63,800 nucleotides of DNA, from assembly GCA_016932245.1 (NCBI GenBank), contig JAFGDG010000086.1:1-63800 (forward strand), given 5' to 3'. The notes under the pieces are model-generated. The model saw only the letters and a program-made list of their open reading frames with translations. It did no database searches and was not told the DNA's origin. Made by a program: the position numbers and the translations under genes. Positions 55,390 to 63,800 of the stretch are shown here, piece by piece (the stretch's first letter is position 1; each line of letters starts with the position of its first letter). The DNA is from Thermoplasmatota archaeon (lineage in GTDB: Archaea; Thermoplasmatota; E2; DHVEG-1).

Positions 55390-56415
55390 ATGAAAAAAAG
55401 TATACATCTATTCATAGCAAGTATTGTGCTTCTAAACGTGTACACCGTTATCCTGTCTGGACTTTGTGAAGGGAGTGAAGGAAACCATGATATAACGATA
55501 TTGGCTGACGAGTCTCCCCCTGGTTGGGCTGAATTTGACTATGCAATTGATACAATCAGAGTCATCCAGGAAGGAGAGGGTTATACTATTGAGGTAGATG
55601 TAGAAAACCTTGGGTTATGTACTGCTAACAGTGCATACGGATGGGCCTCATCGACAGGAAGATCCTGTTGGGGTGAATGGGATTTTGGATATGATTTTTC
55701 TCACATAACTGACATTTCCTTCCGCGTTGGCGACAGTTCACCAGAACCTGGAGCAAAATATAGAATCGAACTCGACGGTGTTCATTTAGGTGATGCCCAG
55801 GTGCCAGCAAACGATTCATGGTATGTTGTTACCGTTCACAATGTCTCAATTGATGCTGGGTTGCACACGTTGTTTCTTGGAACGTACCAAATGGACTCTA
55901 GACCCGATATCTATCTTGATTACATTGTAGTTGGAGAACAGAGAATTGAAGCGGAGAGATACGATAGAACGGGAGGTAATGATCCAGACCCAGATAGACA
56001 AGGCTTCTATGTCAATCCCGCAAACCTCACTATTCAATTTTGGGACGGAGAAGTGCAGGGGAATGGTGCCCTTATCTCCGAACAAAAAATAGGTATGAAT
56101 CAGACAGTAGCTGATACTGGTCATGACTATCCAGGTAACAATTTTATTACTTACTACGTTCCAAGTAATACGGTATATACGGTCACGACTCCATGGGCTG
56201 CTAGCTTAGGCGATCACGCTATTTACGTTATAATTGATCCCTCTAACGAGTCAGCAGAAACGAATAAAATGAATAATATAGCTTCTAAATATGTAACTAT
56301 TCCTCTCGGGGATACTTCCTCTCCTGACACTATTGCCTTTCCGGGTTTTGAGTTTCTCTTTGCCGCCTGTGCAATGGCACTTGTCCTATTCTTCAAAAAA
56401 CGTACACACAGTTAA
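55390..56415 (+). CDS. secreted carbohydrate-binding-module-like / CARDB-like protein with PGF-CTERM signal
   Basis: Signal peptide (ATG 55390). CBM6-like segment (RIELDGVHLG...GLHTLFL...RIEAERYDR) and CARDB-like ending (IDPSNESAETNKMNNIASKYVTI). C-terminal FPGFEFLFAACAMALVLFFKKRTHS. Confidence 0.6.
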   Translation: MKKSIHLFIASIVLLNVYTVILSGLCEGSEGNHDITILADESPPGWAEFDYAIDTIRVIQEGEGYTIEVDVENLGLCTANSAYGWASSTGRSCWGEWDFGYDFSHITDISFRVGDSSPEPGAKYRIELDGVHLGDAQVPANDSWYVVTVHNVSIDAGLHTLFLGTYQMDSRPDIYLDYIVVGEQRIEAERYDRTGGNDPDPDRQGFYVNPANLTIQFWDGEVQGNGALISEQKIGMNQTVADTGHDYPGNNFITYYVPSNTVYTVTTPWAASLGDHAIYVIIDPSNESAETNKMNNIASKYVTIPLGDTSSPDTIAFPGFEFLFAACAMALVLFFKKRTHS

Positions 56416-56482
56416 GTTTCTTTTGCATTAGAAACAATTTATATGGCCCTTCTTTATTTACCTAAATCGGAGGCTTATTATT

Positions 56483-57268
56483 ATGGACTGGGGAATGAAA
56501 AACCGGTTATCAAAAATCATCAAACCAAAAGATGGGCATACGGTTATGCTTGCCGTCGATCATGGCTACTTCATGGGCCCTACGACAGGCCTTGAAAATA
56601 TCAAGACCATGGTTGATCCGTTACTTCGCTATGCTGATACGCTGATGCTCACCAGAGGAGCACTACGAAATTATATCGATCCACATACCACCATACCTAT
56701 TGTTCTTCGTGTCTCTGGCGGAACCAGTATTTTGAATGAAAGCAATCTCCTTCATGAAGGAACAGTAGTGGATATTGAAGATGCCATTAGACTCAATGTG
56801 TCAGGTGTTGCTTTTTCGATTTTGGTTGGCCAACCACATGAACGCGATACCATTCTGGGAATGACGGAGTATATCGATAAGGCAAATCGATATGGCATAC
56901 CAGTTCTTGCCGTCACTGCGGTGGGCAAAGGACTAGGGAAAGACGTACGATATTTATCTCTTGCTTCACGCATGGCAGCTGAGCTCGGTGCTAGTATTGT
57001 CAAAACATACTTCTGTAAAGACTTTGAGAAGATTGTTGAAACCTGTCCCGTACCTATTGTCATTGCAGGTGGTAAAAAACAACCCGAACAGGATGCACTC
57101 AACATGGCATATGACGCAATCCATGCAGGGGCCGTAGGTGTTGATATGGGGAGAAATATCTTTCAGAGCTCAAACCCTGTTGGTATGATGAAAGCGGTCA
57201 ACGCTATTGTACACAAAAAACATACACCAAAAGAAGCGTATGCTCTTTTCACTTCAACGAAAAAGTAA
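56483..57268 (+). CDS. class I aldolase of the DhnA/FbaB/ADH-synthase family
   Basis: MLAVDHGYFMGP, Schiff-base lysine context ASIVKTYF, and VIAGG...GVDMGRNIFQ. I cannot tell fructose-bisphosphate aldolase from 2-amino-3,7-dideoxy-hept-6-ulosonate synthase by eye. Confidence 0.7.
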   Translation: MDWGMKNRLSKIIKPKDGHTVMLAVDHGYFMGPTTGLENIKTMVDPLLRYADTLMLTRGALRNYIDPHTTIPIVLRVSGGTSILNESNLLHEGTVVDIEDAIRLNVSGVAFSILVGQPHERDTILGMTEYIDKANRYGIPVLAVTAVGKGLGKDVRYLSLASRMAAELGASIVKTYFCKDFEKIVETCPVPIVIAGGKKQPEQDALNMAYDAIHAGAVGVDMGRNIFQSSNPVGMMKAVNAIVHKKHTPKEAYALFTSTKK

Positions 57269-57341
57269 GCTGTGGTCTGACCGCGATACCTTTATATAAA
57301 GTGCACTATTAACCAGCTAAAAACATAGAAGGGAGATATTT

Positions 57342-57905
57342 ATGGACCCAATTTGGTGGATACTGATGCTAGTGGGCATTCTTGTTGTATTCTTCCTACT
57401 TATTTACTGGGGCTTTTACAACAAGATCATACGCATGGAAAATAGGATAGACAACTCGTGGGCACAAATTGACGTTCAGTTGAAACGACGAGCCGATCTC
57501 ATTCCTAACCTCATGGAAACCGTTAAAGGTTATATGAAACATGAGAAAGAAGTGCTCGAAAACGTCACCAAGGCCCGTTCTGCACTCATGAACGCCAAAA
57601 CACCACAGGAAAACATCAATGCAGACAATATGTTAACCGGCGCATTAAAAAGTCTCTTTGCCGTTTCGGAGAATTACCCCGATCTAAAAGCAAATCAAAA
57701 CTTTCTAAACCTTCAGGATGAGTTGACTAATACTGAAAACAAAATTGCGTACTCTCGCCAACATTTCAACGATTCTGTTCTTGCGTACAACAATACCATT
57801 GAGACGTTTCCTGGCGTGTGGTTTGCAAAGCGCATGGGCCGAAAGGAACGTGAGATGTTACAGATACCTGAAGCATCAAGAGAATTACCAAAAGTAACAT
57901 TTTAA
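57342..57905 (+). CDS. lemA: LemA family protein
   Basis: N-terminal TM helix, then [31 protein letters not shown] and [11 protein letters not shown], the LemA signatures. Confidence 0.85.
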   Translation: MDPIWWILMLVGILVVFFLLIYWGFYNKIIRMENRIDNSWAQIDVQLKRRADLIPNLMETVKGYMKHEKEVLENVTKARSALMNAKTPQENINADNMLTGALKSLFAVSENYPDLKANQNFLNLQDELTNTENKIAYSRQHFNDSVLAYNNTIETFPGVWFAKRMGRKEREMLQIPEASRELPKVTF

Positions 57906-57921
57906 TCCTTCGTTTGGTATC

Positions 57922-58833
57922 ATGGAAAAGAAGCTGCTTGTCGAAGATCATATTCGGAGAAATAAGCGGTTAACTGTAGTTATCTGTACGTTTATGGCAC
58001 TCCTTTTCTTTGGTATAGTCTTTGCAGTCGGCTACATCCTTTTTTCCGGTAATTTGTTTATTGCTCTTGCTTTTGGTGTTCCTATCGCTATTGGTTATGT
58101 GGCTGTTACGTATTCAATTTCAGTACCAACCGTTCTTGCGGCAGCTAAAGCACGTCCTGCAAATCCAAACAACAGAGAAGAAAAACTTTTGATTAACAGG
58201 GTTGAAGAAATAAGCATTGCTGCAGGCCTTCCTATGCCCAAGGTGTATGTTCAAGATTCTGAGTATATTAACGCCTTTGCCACGGGTAAAAAACCCCAAG
58301 ATGCAGTTGTTTGTGTAACTACTGGTGCATTACACAAACTCAATCAAGAGGAATTAGAGGGCGTTATTGCGCATGAAATGAGTCACATTAAAAACAACGA
58401 CATTCTCATTGCAACGGTTACCATTGCCGTTGTGGGTGCTATTGCATTGATTTCTGAAATTGTCTTTTGGTCTCTTTTTTGGGGAGGTGCGGGGAGAAGT
58501 AGAGGAAGAAACGACGGCAGTGCAATCATTTTAGTTATTGCTATTTTATTTGCCATTCTCGCTCCCTTATTTTCAAGACTTACCTATCTTGCCATATCTC
58601 GAAAGCGGGAATATCTTGCCGATTCTAGTGGCGCGTATTTATCCAGGAATCCTGAAGGTCTTGCTAAGGCACTAGAGAAAATCAAAGCCGACCATCCAAA
58701 GGAAAAGCCAAAAGGATCGAAAACGGTTGCACCACTATACATCTCAAATCCCTTTAAGAGCCAGTCTGTCGGTTCTCTTTGGTCAACACATCCGCCAGTT
58801 GACGAACGAATCAAACGCCTTCGGTCTATGTAG
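57922..58833 (+). CDS. htpX: M48-family zinc metalloprotease HtpX-like
   Basis: Four TM segments, the HEMSH zinc motif (VIAHEMSHIKNND) and the downstream EYLAD Glu ligand. Confidence 0.85.
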   Translation: MEKKLLVEDHIRRNKRLTVVICTFMALLFFGIVFAVGYILFSGNLFIALAFGVPIAIGYVAVTYSISVPTVLAAAKARPANPNNREEKLLINRVEEISIAAGLPMPKVYVQDSEYINAFATGKKPQDAVVCVTTGALHKLNQEELEGVIAHEMSHIKNNDILIATVTIAVVGAIALISEIVFWSLFWGGAGRSRGRNDGSAIILVIAILFAILAPLFSRLTYLAISRKREYLADSSGAYLSRNPEGLAKALEKIKADHPKEKPKGSKTVAPLYISNPFKSQSVGSLWSTHPPVDERIKRLRSM

Positions 58834-59332
58834 ACCCACGTTTCATTATTGTGTCAACAAATTTATCGATATATTGCTCACCACTGATTATTTCTTCTTT
58901 CTTCATCTGTAGATTCAATGTGTAATTTACTGGTTTTAATCCAATCGATTCAAGGTAATCTTTTAACAACTCACTGTTCTTTACGTTGTCTTCGCCAGGC
59001 CCACCTCCGGTAATAAACACTCCTGCTGTTTTTCCTTCAAATGCATTTGTCTTCGTAAAAAAGGATCGAATATATGGCGAAGGTTTTCCTGCCCACGTGG
59101 GTGATCCAACCAGCACGACATCATAGTCTCTGAGAGCAACATCTGTATTTTTGATGGGGAGCTCTTCTTGTTTCATCGCTGCTCTTCCCGCTCTAAAAAA
59201 TCCAGGTCTTTTTAGGTGTTGAATTTCGATGATATCAACCTGCTGCCCATGGTCTTTTAATTTTTGTTCAAGCACCTGTGCAGCATGTTTGGTATTTCCC
59301 GTTCGAGAATAATAGACAATTCCAATTTTTAT
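58826..59332 (-). CDS. flavodoxin-family protein, probable non-canonical (AUA) start or start-codon lesion
   Basis: The tracked ORF (GTG 59275) lacks the FMN phosphate loop. In frame directly upstream is S-IKIGIVYYSRTGNTKHAAQ. The only plausible initiator is ATA at 59332-59330, preceded by AGGTGA with a 7-nt spacer. An in-frame stop lies at 59365-59363. Confidence 0.7.
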   Translation of the reverse strand: MKIGIVYYSRTGNTKHAAQVLEQKLKDHGQQVDIIEIQHLKRPGFFRAGRAAMKQEELPIKNTDVALRDYDVVLVGSPTWAGKPSPYIRSFFTKTNAFEGKTAGVFITGGGPGEDNVKNSELLKDYLESIGLKPVNYTLNLQMKKEEIISGEQYIDKFVDTIMKRGST

Positions 59333-59399
59333 AGACCTTTCACCTACTGCTAAACGTAAAATCTATTAAATAACTACTCATAAGCAACAGGGACTTGAA

Positions 59400-60434
59400 A
59401 TGAAAACAATGAAAGTTGCAATGTATTACAATAATAATGATGTGAGAATTGAACAGATGCCCATTCCGACGATTTCTAAAAAGGAGCTTTTAGTCAAGGT
59501 CAAAGCAAGTGGTATTTGTGGTTCAGATGTCATGGAATGGTATCGTATCAAAAAAGCACCGCGAGTTCTCGGTCATGAAATTGCAGGCGATATTGTACAA
59601 GTAGGAAAACACGTTAAAAAATACAAGGTAGGAGACCGTGTCTTTGTTTCCCATCATGTACCCTGTAACACCTGCAGTTTTTGTCAGCAGGACCAGCACA
59701 CCTTATGCGACTTACTACATTCCACCAACTTCTATCCGGGCGGATTTGCAGAATATCTCAAAGTTCCTGAAATCAATGTGGACCGCGGTACTTTTTTCCT
59801 TCCAAAAGAGATGACCTATGAAGAAGGTGTGTTTATTGAGCCGCTTGCCTGCGTAGTGAGGGGGTTAAGGATTGCCCGCATAAGAAGGAAAAAAGGACAG
59901 AGCGTTCTTCTTCTAGGAAGTGGTGTTGCTGGGCTTCTCAACATCAAACTCGCCAAAGCATATGGTGCAAGCAAGATCTTTGCAACTGATATTGATAAAA
60001 ATCGCTTGCGCTATGCACAGAAGATGGGTGCCGATGTTGCTATTGATGCAAAGGAAGATATTGTCCAAAAAGTGAAACAACACAATGAGGGCAACCTTGC
60101 AGATTTGGTCATCCTCTGCGCAGGGGTACCCTCCGCAGTACAACAGGCATTATCCTCAGTTGCAAAAGGGGGAACAACTCTCTTCTTCGCTCCGACCAAA
60201 CCGGGCGTCACCATCCCCTTTCCCTTATTTGACCTGTGGAATAACCAGATTACCATGGTGTCAACCTATGCTGGTGCACCACGGGATATACGGGAGGCAA
60301 TTGAACTCATTAACACAAAAAAAGTGAAAGTGACTGATCTCATCACCCATCGATTGCCTCTTCGTAACGCAGCAGAAGGTTTCAAATTGGCAGCAAAAGC
60401 ACAACATTCTCTTAAAGTAATACTCAAGCCATAA
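59400..60434 (+). CDS. zinc-dependent medium-chain alcohol/threonine dehydrogenase family protein
   Basis: GICGSDVMEW, GHEIAGDIV, structural zinc Cys cluster (CNTCSFCQQDQHTLC) and Rossmann LLLGSGVAG. Confidence 0.8.
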   Translation: MKTMKVAMYYNNNDVRIEQMPIPTISKKELLVKVKASGICGSDVMEWYRIKKAPRVLGHEIAGDIVQVGKHVKKYKVGDRVFVSHHVPCNTCSFCQQDQHTLCDLLHSTNFYPGGFAEYLKVPEINVDRGTFFLPKEMTYEEGVFIEPLACVVRGLRIARIRRKKGQSVLLLGSGVAGLLNIKLAKAYGASKIFATDIDKNRLRYAQKMGADVAIDAKEDIVQKVKQHNEGNLADLVILCAGVPSAVQQALSSVAKGGTTLFFAPTKPGVTIPFPLFDLWNNQITMVSTYAGAPRDIREAIELINTKKVKVTDLITHRLPLRNAAEGFKLAAKAQHSLKVILKP

Positions 60435-60494
60435 AATAACACAACAGACTTAACTTATTGCGTTCGAATAAAAAAAGAAGGGGGAGAAGAGGTC

Positions 60495-60767
60495 TTATTC
60501 GTTTTTCCCTCTTTCTTCTTGTAGTGTGTACTCGCCTGGTGTTATTTCAGGTTTTTTCTCTGCCATATAATAGAACAGCGCGAAAAACACGATAAGGGCA
60601 AAGACAAACACAATAATGAATAGTATTACTGCAGCAGCAAGAACCCCGGCTACGACGAATCCAAAGAGCAGGAGCAATACGCCACTAAAGAAGAGGTAGA
60701 TAATCCCTACAATGATGACCGCAACAAGAAGCGCCCCGAGTAATGCCGCTACAATGCCTTTTATCAT
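60495..60767 (-). CDS. small hydrophobic membrane protein (about 3 TM helices)
   Basis: 90-aa ORF that is almost entirely hydrophobic with a charged C-terminus. Its start overlaps the stop of the upstream AIM24-like gene by 4 nt. Confidence 0.45.
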   Translation of the reverse strand: MIKGIVAALLGALLVAVIIVGIIYLFFSGVLLLLFGFVVAGVLAAAVILFIIVFVFALIVFFALFYYMAEKKPEITPGEYTLQEERGKNE

Positions 60768-61507
60768 CTCGTGAGCCCTCCGATTAACGCCCCAGTAACG
60801 CTTTGGCTTCCTGAGCTACCGCTCCTTTGAGACATAAAAGGAGATAACGCTGTAGCAAGATTGCCGAGATTCAGTGATTGAAGTATTACCTTTCCAGGTC
60901 CTTTCAGTGTTGTCAAAAAGATACCTTCGCCGCCAAAAAACATGGTCTTAATTCCTTTTACTCTCTGGATATCATAGGTTACTGTGCCATCCCACCCGAC
61001 GACGCTTCCTGTATCAACTTTTAATATCTGTTCCGGTTTGAGATCAAATTCAACAAAATCTCCGCAAGCATGGATCCACACGGTACCCTTCCCTCCTAAT
61101 CTCTCAAGAATAAATCCTTCGCCACCGAAAAACGCTGCACCAAGCTTTTTTTGAAAGGCAACACTCAGTTCAATAGAATTTTCGGCGACCAGAAACGCAT
61201 CTTTTTGCACGATAAATTCCTTTCCACTAGTAATTTCTAAGGGTTTTATGGTCCCTGGCGCGTTTCCTCCAAATGAAACCATTCCCCTTCCACCGGCAGA
61301 AGTAAATTCTGTGAGAAACATAGTCTCCCCAGCAAATTTTCTTCCTATTCCTTTCAGCAATCCCCCCCTCATTTTTGCTTCCATGTTGATATTGCCACTT
61401 TGATATACCATTGATCCTGCTTCAGCAAAAAGTTTTTCCCCAGGATCTATTTGAATGGTAACCAACTGCAAATTGTCTCCCGATATCTTATATTCCACAT
61501 GAATCAC
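60764..61507 (-). CDS. AIM24/DUF124 (TIGR00266-like) family protein
   Basis: YKISGDNLQLVTIQIDPGEKLFAEAGSMVY, FGGEGFIL and FFGGEGIFL repeats are typical of the AIM24 family. Confidence 0.7.
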   Translation of the reverse strand: MIHVEYKISGDNLQLVTIQIDPGEKLFAEAGSMVYQSGNINMEAKMRGGLLKGIGRKFAGETMFLTEFTSAGGRGMVSFGGNAPGTIKPLEITSGKEFIVQKDAFLVAENSIELSVAFQKKLGAAFFGGEGFILERLGGKGTVWIHACGDFVEFDLKPEQILKVDTGSVVGWDGTVTYDIQRVKGIKTMFFGGEGIFLTTLKGPGKVILQSLNLGNLATALSPFMSQRSGSSGSQSVTGALIGGLTR

Positions 61508-61618
61508 CTTTGTTTTTCTGTAGATAACTTTGACTATTATTAAAACCTTTTCATAAAAACAGTTCTTTTTTCAGATACCAAAAGGTTATAATATCCTATA
61601 CCTTAGTATCGTCACTAC

Positions 61619-62506
61619 ATGAAAGTTCTTAAGGCCATCTGGGAACTGATGCGTCTTGAGCATGGCGTCATGATTGCGATTGCTATTCTCATCGGATCCA
61701 TTATTGCACTTGAAGGAGAAGGATTTCCCGCACTTGATAAATTTATATTGACTTTTTTCACGGCACTCTTTTTAGAGGCAAGTACGTTTGCACTGAATGA
61801 TTACTTTGATATCGATATTGACAAAAAAAATAACCGAACTGACCGGCCACTGGTACGAGGCGACCTTCAACCAAACACGGCGTTGTATCTTTTTGCAATA
61901 TTCTTCCCGTTAGGTATTCTCTGTTCGTATTTTGTCAATCTTACGTGCTTTTTCATTGCTTTAGTCACTGCGTTTTTGGCCGTTCTTTATGATGCAAAAC
62001 TGAAGAAAATCAAACTCTTGGGTAATTTTTACATTGCCTATGTCATGGCCATTCCATTTATTTTTGGTGGTGCTGCCGTTCTCGGGACGTCCGGAATTAA
62101 CTTTTCTCTTCACCCCGCCATACTGATTGTTGCGCTCATCGCTTTTCTTGCTGGTTCCGGTAGAGAAATTATGAAAGACGTTATGGATTTTACAGGAGAC
62201 AGGGAACAAGGAGTAAAATCATTTCCTAAGTATATCGGTATCCGAGCATCCAATGTTCTTGCCGCATTCTTCTATCTAATCGCAATTGCGCTGAGTTTCG
62301 TTCCCTTTTTTATAGAAAACTATAATATATATTATCTCAATTATTATTACTTAGTACCGATATTACTCACGGATACCATGCTGCTGAGTACATCACTGCA
62401 ACTCATCTTTAAAAAGGATGTTCATATGAAACTCTATAGAAAATTTACCCTCCTTGCCCTCTTTATCGGCCTTATTGGCTTTTTACTTGGGGCGTTTATG
62501 CAGTAG
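61619..62506 (+). CDS. digeranylgeranylglyceryl phosphate synthase (UbiA prenyltransferase family)
   Basis: 9-TM protein with the Asp-rich motif ALNDYFDIDIDKKN and a second motif region GSGREIMKDVMDFTGD. Confidence 0.8.
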   Translation: MKVLKAIWELMRLEHGVMIAIAILIGSIIALEGEGFPALDKFILTFFTALFLEASTFALNDYFDIDIDKKNNRTDRPLVRGDLQPNTALYLFAIFFPLGILCSYFVNLTCFFIALVTAFLAVLYDAKLKKIKLLGNFYIAYVMAIPFIFGGAAVLGTSGINFSLHPAILIVALIAFLAGSGREIMKDVMDFTGDREQGVKSFPKYIGIRASNVLAAFFYLIAIALSFVPFFIENYNIYYLNYYYLVPILLTDTMLLSTSLQLIFKKDVHMKLYRKFTLLALFIGLIGFLLGAFMQ

Positions 62507-62524
62507 TCTTCTGAGGGGGAGGTC

Positions 62525-63190
62525 TTGATGATACCGCGCGATGTTTCTGGTGTGCTACTTGTCTATATCTATGTTGCTATCCTGTTGATTATTACGGAAA
62601 AACTACTTGATCGCTACCCAACGGTCAGTAGAAAAATCCTCCATATCATGGTGGGTAATATTGCCTTTATCTTGCCTATTTTTCAAACACGAGAAGTCAT
62701 GGCATTTCTTGCCGCAGGTCCCTTTATTCTTTTTACTTTTTTGATGAGCCCTCATTCACCTATCAAGTCCATTAGAGGAAAGACGTCGGCTGCCGGACAC
62801 GGCATGGGACTTGTCTACTATTCCATTGCGTGGACGGTCTTGGCATACCTTTTCTTCGATCATAAAGAACTTATTGCCATTGGCATTCTTGCCATGTCCT
62901 ATGGAGATGGGTTTGCCTCATTACTTGGTGTCAAATTTGGAAAACGGCATTATAACGTCTGGGGAGATAGTAAAAGCTATCTAGGGTCGTTGGCGATGTT
63001 TGTGTTTACGCTTATCACCATTCTCCTAGCACTCCTTTTTTATGAAATAGAGATACAGGATAAGATACTCATACTTGTATACATCGCGGCAGTGGCTACG
63101 TTTGCAGAAGCTATTTCGCCAAAAGGATTGGACAATATCGCGGTCCCGTTTATCGCTCCTTTAATCTACTGGGCCTTTGTTATAGGTTGA
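62525..63190 (+). CDS. CTP-dependent polyprenol (dolichol/phytol) kinase / CdsA-like family membrane protein
   Basis: Polytopic. RKILHIMVGNIAF and SYGDGFASLLGVKFGKRHY...KSYLGSLAMF resemble the dolichol-kinase/phytol-kinase branch of the CTP_transf_1 superfamily. Confidence 0.55.
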   Translation: MMIPRDVSGVLLVYIYVAILLIITEKLLDRYPTVSRKILHIMVGNIAFILPIFQTREVMAFLAAGPFILFTFLMSPHSPIKSIRGKTSAAGHGMGLVYYSIAWTVLAYLFFDHKELIAIGILAMSYGDGFASLLGVKFGKRHYNVWGDSKSYLGSLAMFVFTLITILLALLFYEIEIQDKILILVYIAAVATFAEAISPKGLDNIAVPFIAPLIYWAFVIG

Positions 63191-63196
63191 CGGATT

Positions 63197-63772
63197 ATGC
63201 GTCTTATTATCGTTGATGGATTGGATGGCGTTGGAAAAGACACGCATGCGCAATTCATTAAACGTCGGTACGAAGAAAAAGGAGAACGGGTGGTTCTTCG
63301 GTCTCACCCCGAATCAGATAACTTTTTTGGAAGAGCAACCAAAAAGTCATTACTTGGTTCAGGTCCTGTGAATAAAGTAAAGGCAGCTATTTTTTACATG
63401 CTTGATGTGCTACGATCGGTAAGAGCGTATTACAATAAGAAAAATATTGACACCTTAATCATGGTTCGTTATCTTATGGGAACGGCGTATCTTTCTCCCT
63501 TTCTTTCAAAGATAGCCTACCGTTTTTTTGCAGGACTAGTCCCTACTTCTTCATACATGTTTTTTCTTGATGCGTCACCTGAAGAATTACTGGCTCGTGT
63601 GCAACAACGTTCAGAAATTGAAATGTTCGAAACTATTGAGGAACTGACAAAAGTGAGAAAAAAAGCGCTCATGCTTGCCCAAGACTGGAACATCGTTGAT
63701 ACAAACCGGCCCGTTGGGCAAACCGTCATCCATCTCGATAGCCTCTTATCAAAACTTGATAGATGTGCATAG
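63197..63772 (+). CDS. thymidylate-kinase-like P-loop kinase
   Basis: IIVDGLDGVGKDTHAQ is the Tmk-type P-loop (G-x-D-G-x-GK). The lid and DRx regions are not clearly recognisable, so the substrate is uncertain. Confidence 0.5.
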   Translation: MRLIIVDGLDGVGKDTHAQFIKRRYEEKGERVVLRSHPESDNFFGRATKKSLLGSGPVNKVKAAIFYMLDVLRSVRAYYNKKNIDTLIMVRYLMGTAYLSPFLSKIAYRFFAGLVPTSSYMFFLDASPEELLARVQQRSEIEMFETIEELTKVRKKALMLAQDWNIVDTNRPVGQTVIHLDSLLSKLDRCA

Positions 63773-63800
63773 CTTTTCTGCCTAAAACCATCATAATCTA

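Noticed and set aside
1-63800. CRISPR arrays, rRNA genes, transposases, integrases and long tandem repeats
   Set aside because: Reading through the intergenic spaces and ORF translations showed no regularly spaced direct repeats. No ORF had DDE transposase, tyrosine or serine recombinase, or Cas signatures. All gaps except 49283-49579 are too short to hold such elements.

Overview
Compact archaeal chromosomal segment: about 72 protein genes, 3 intron-less tRNA genes without encoded CCA, very short intergenic spacers and many 4-30 nt gene overlaps. Archaeal identity rests on AglB, Cbf5, the uL15-SecY-AdkA-DUF106-Cmk cluster, PurP, split GMP synthase, PdaD, Pth2, FEN1, XPD, Tsr3 and ether-lipid genes. 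Two secreted proteins end in PGF-CTERM sorting signals, which implies an archaeosortase-A-bearing (euryarchaeote-like) lineage; I cannot place it more precisely. Content is mostly housekeeping:
- central carbon metabolism (PEP synthase, ADP-forming acetyl-CoA synthetase alpha);
- purine, pyrimidine and arginine metabolism (purE, purP, guaAA/guaAB, prs, pyrC, argF);
- translation and RNA modification (uL15, Cbf5, Tsr3, Taw2/Trm5 family, METTL5-like methyltransferase, Trm112, RNase J-like);
- DNA repair and replication (XPD, FEN1, type IA topoisomerase, pyrimidine-dimer glycosylase);
- N-glycosylation (an unusually long AglB beside a sequon-rich surface protein);
- a scattered but nearly complete archaeal ether-lipid set (GGGPS, DGGGPS, CarS, two geranylgeranyl reductases with a ferredoxin, a polyprenol-kinase-like gene, UbiX).
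I saw no rRNA, CRISPR array, transposase or integrase. The only clearly accessory-looking DNA is the left-most ~1.1 kb. It is AT-rich and holds a DUF3644-like protein with a HEPN-type Rx4H motif plus a 50-aa ribbon-helix-helix ORF missing from the supplied ORF track. It ends where a TctA-like transporter gene seems to have lost its 5' end. This is my best candidate for an uncharacterised toxin-antitoxin or abortive-infection-like module, probably the edge of an island lying left of the window. Other points worth a second look:
- a flavodoxin whose FMN phosphate loop lies upstream of every canonical start codon (probable AUA start or start-codon loss);
- a class II aldolase-fold protein next to mtnA that lacks the zinc-binding histidines;
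- a translationally coupled Tsr3-Taw2 pair;
- a ~300-nt intergenic region with nested inverted repeats.
All family assignments come from motif recognition by eye; no searches were run.
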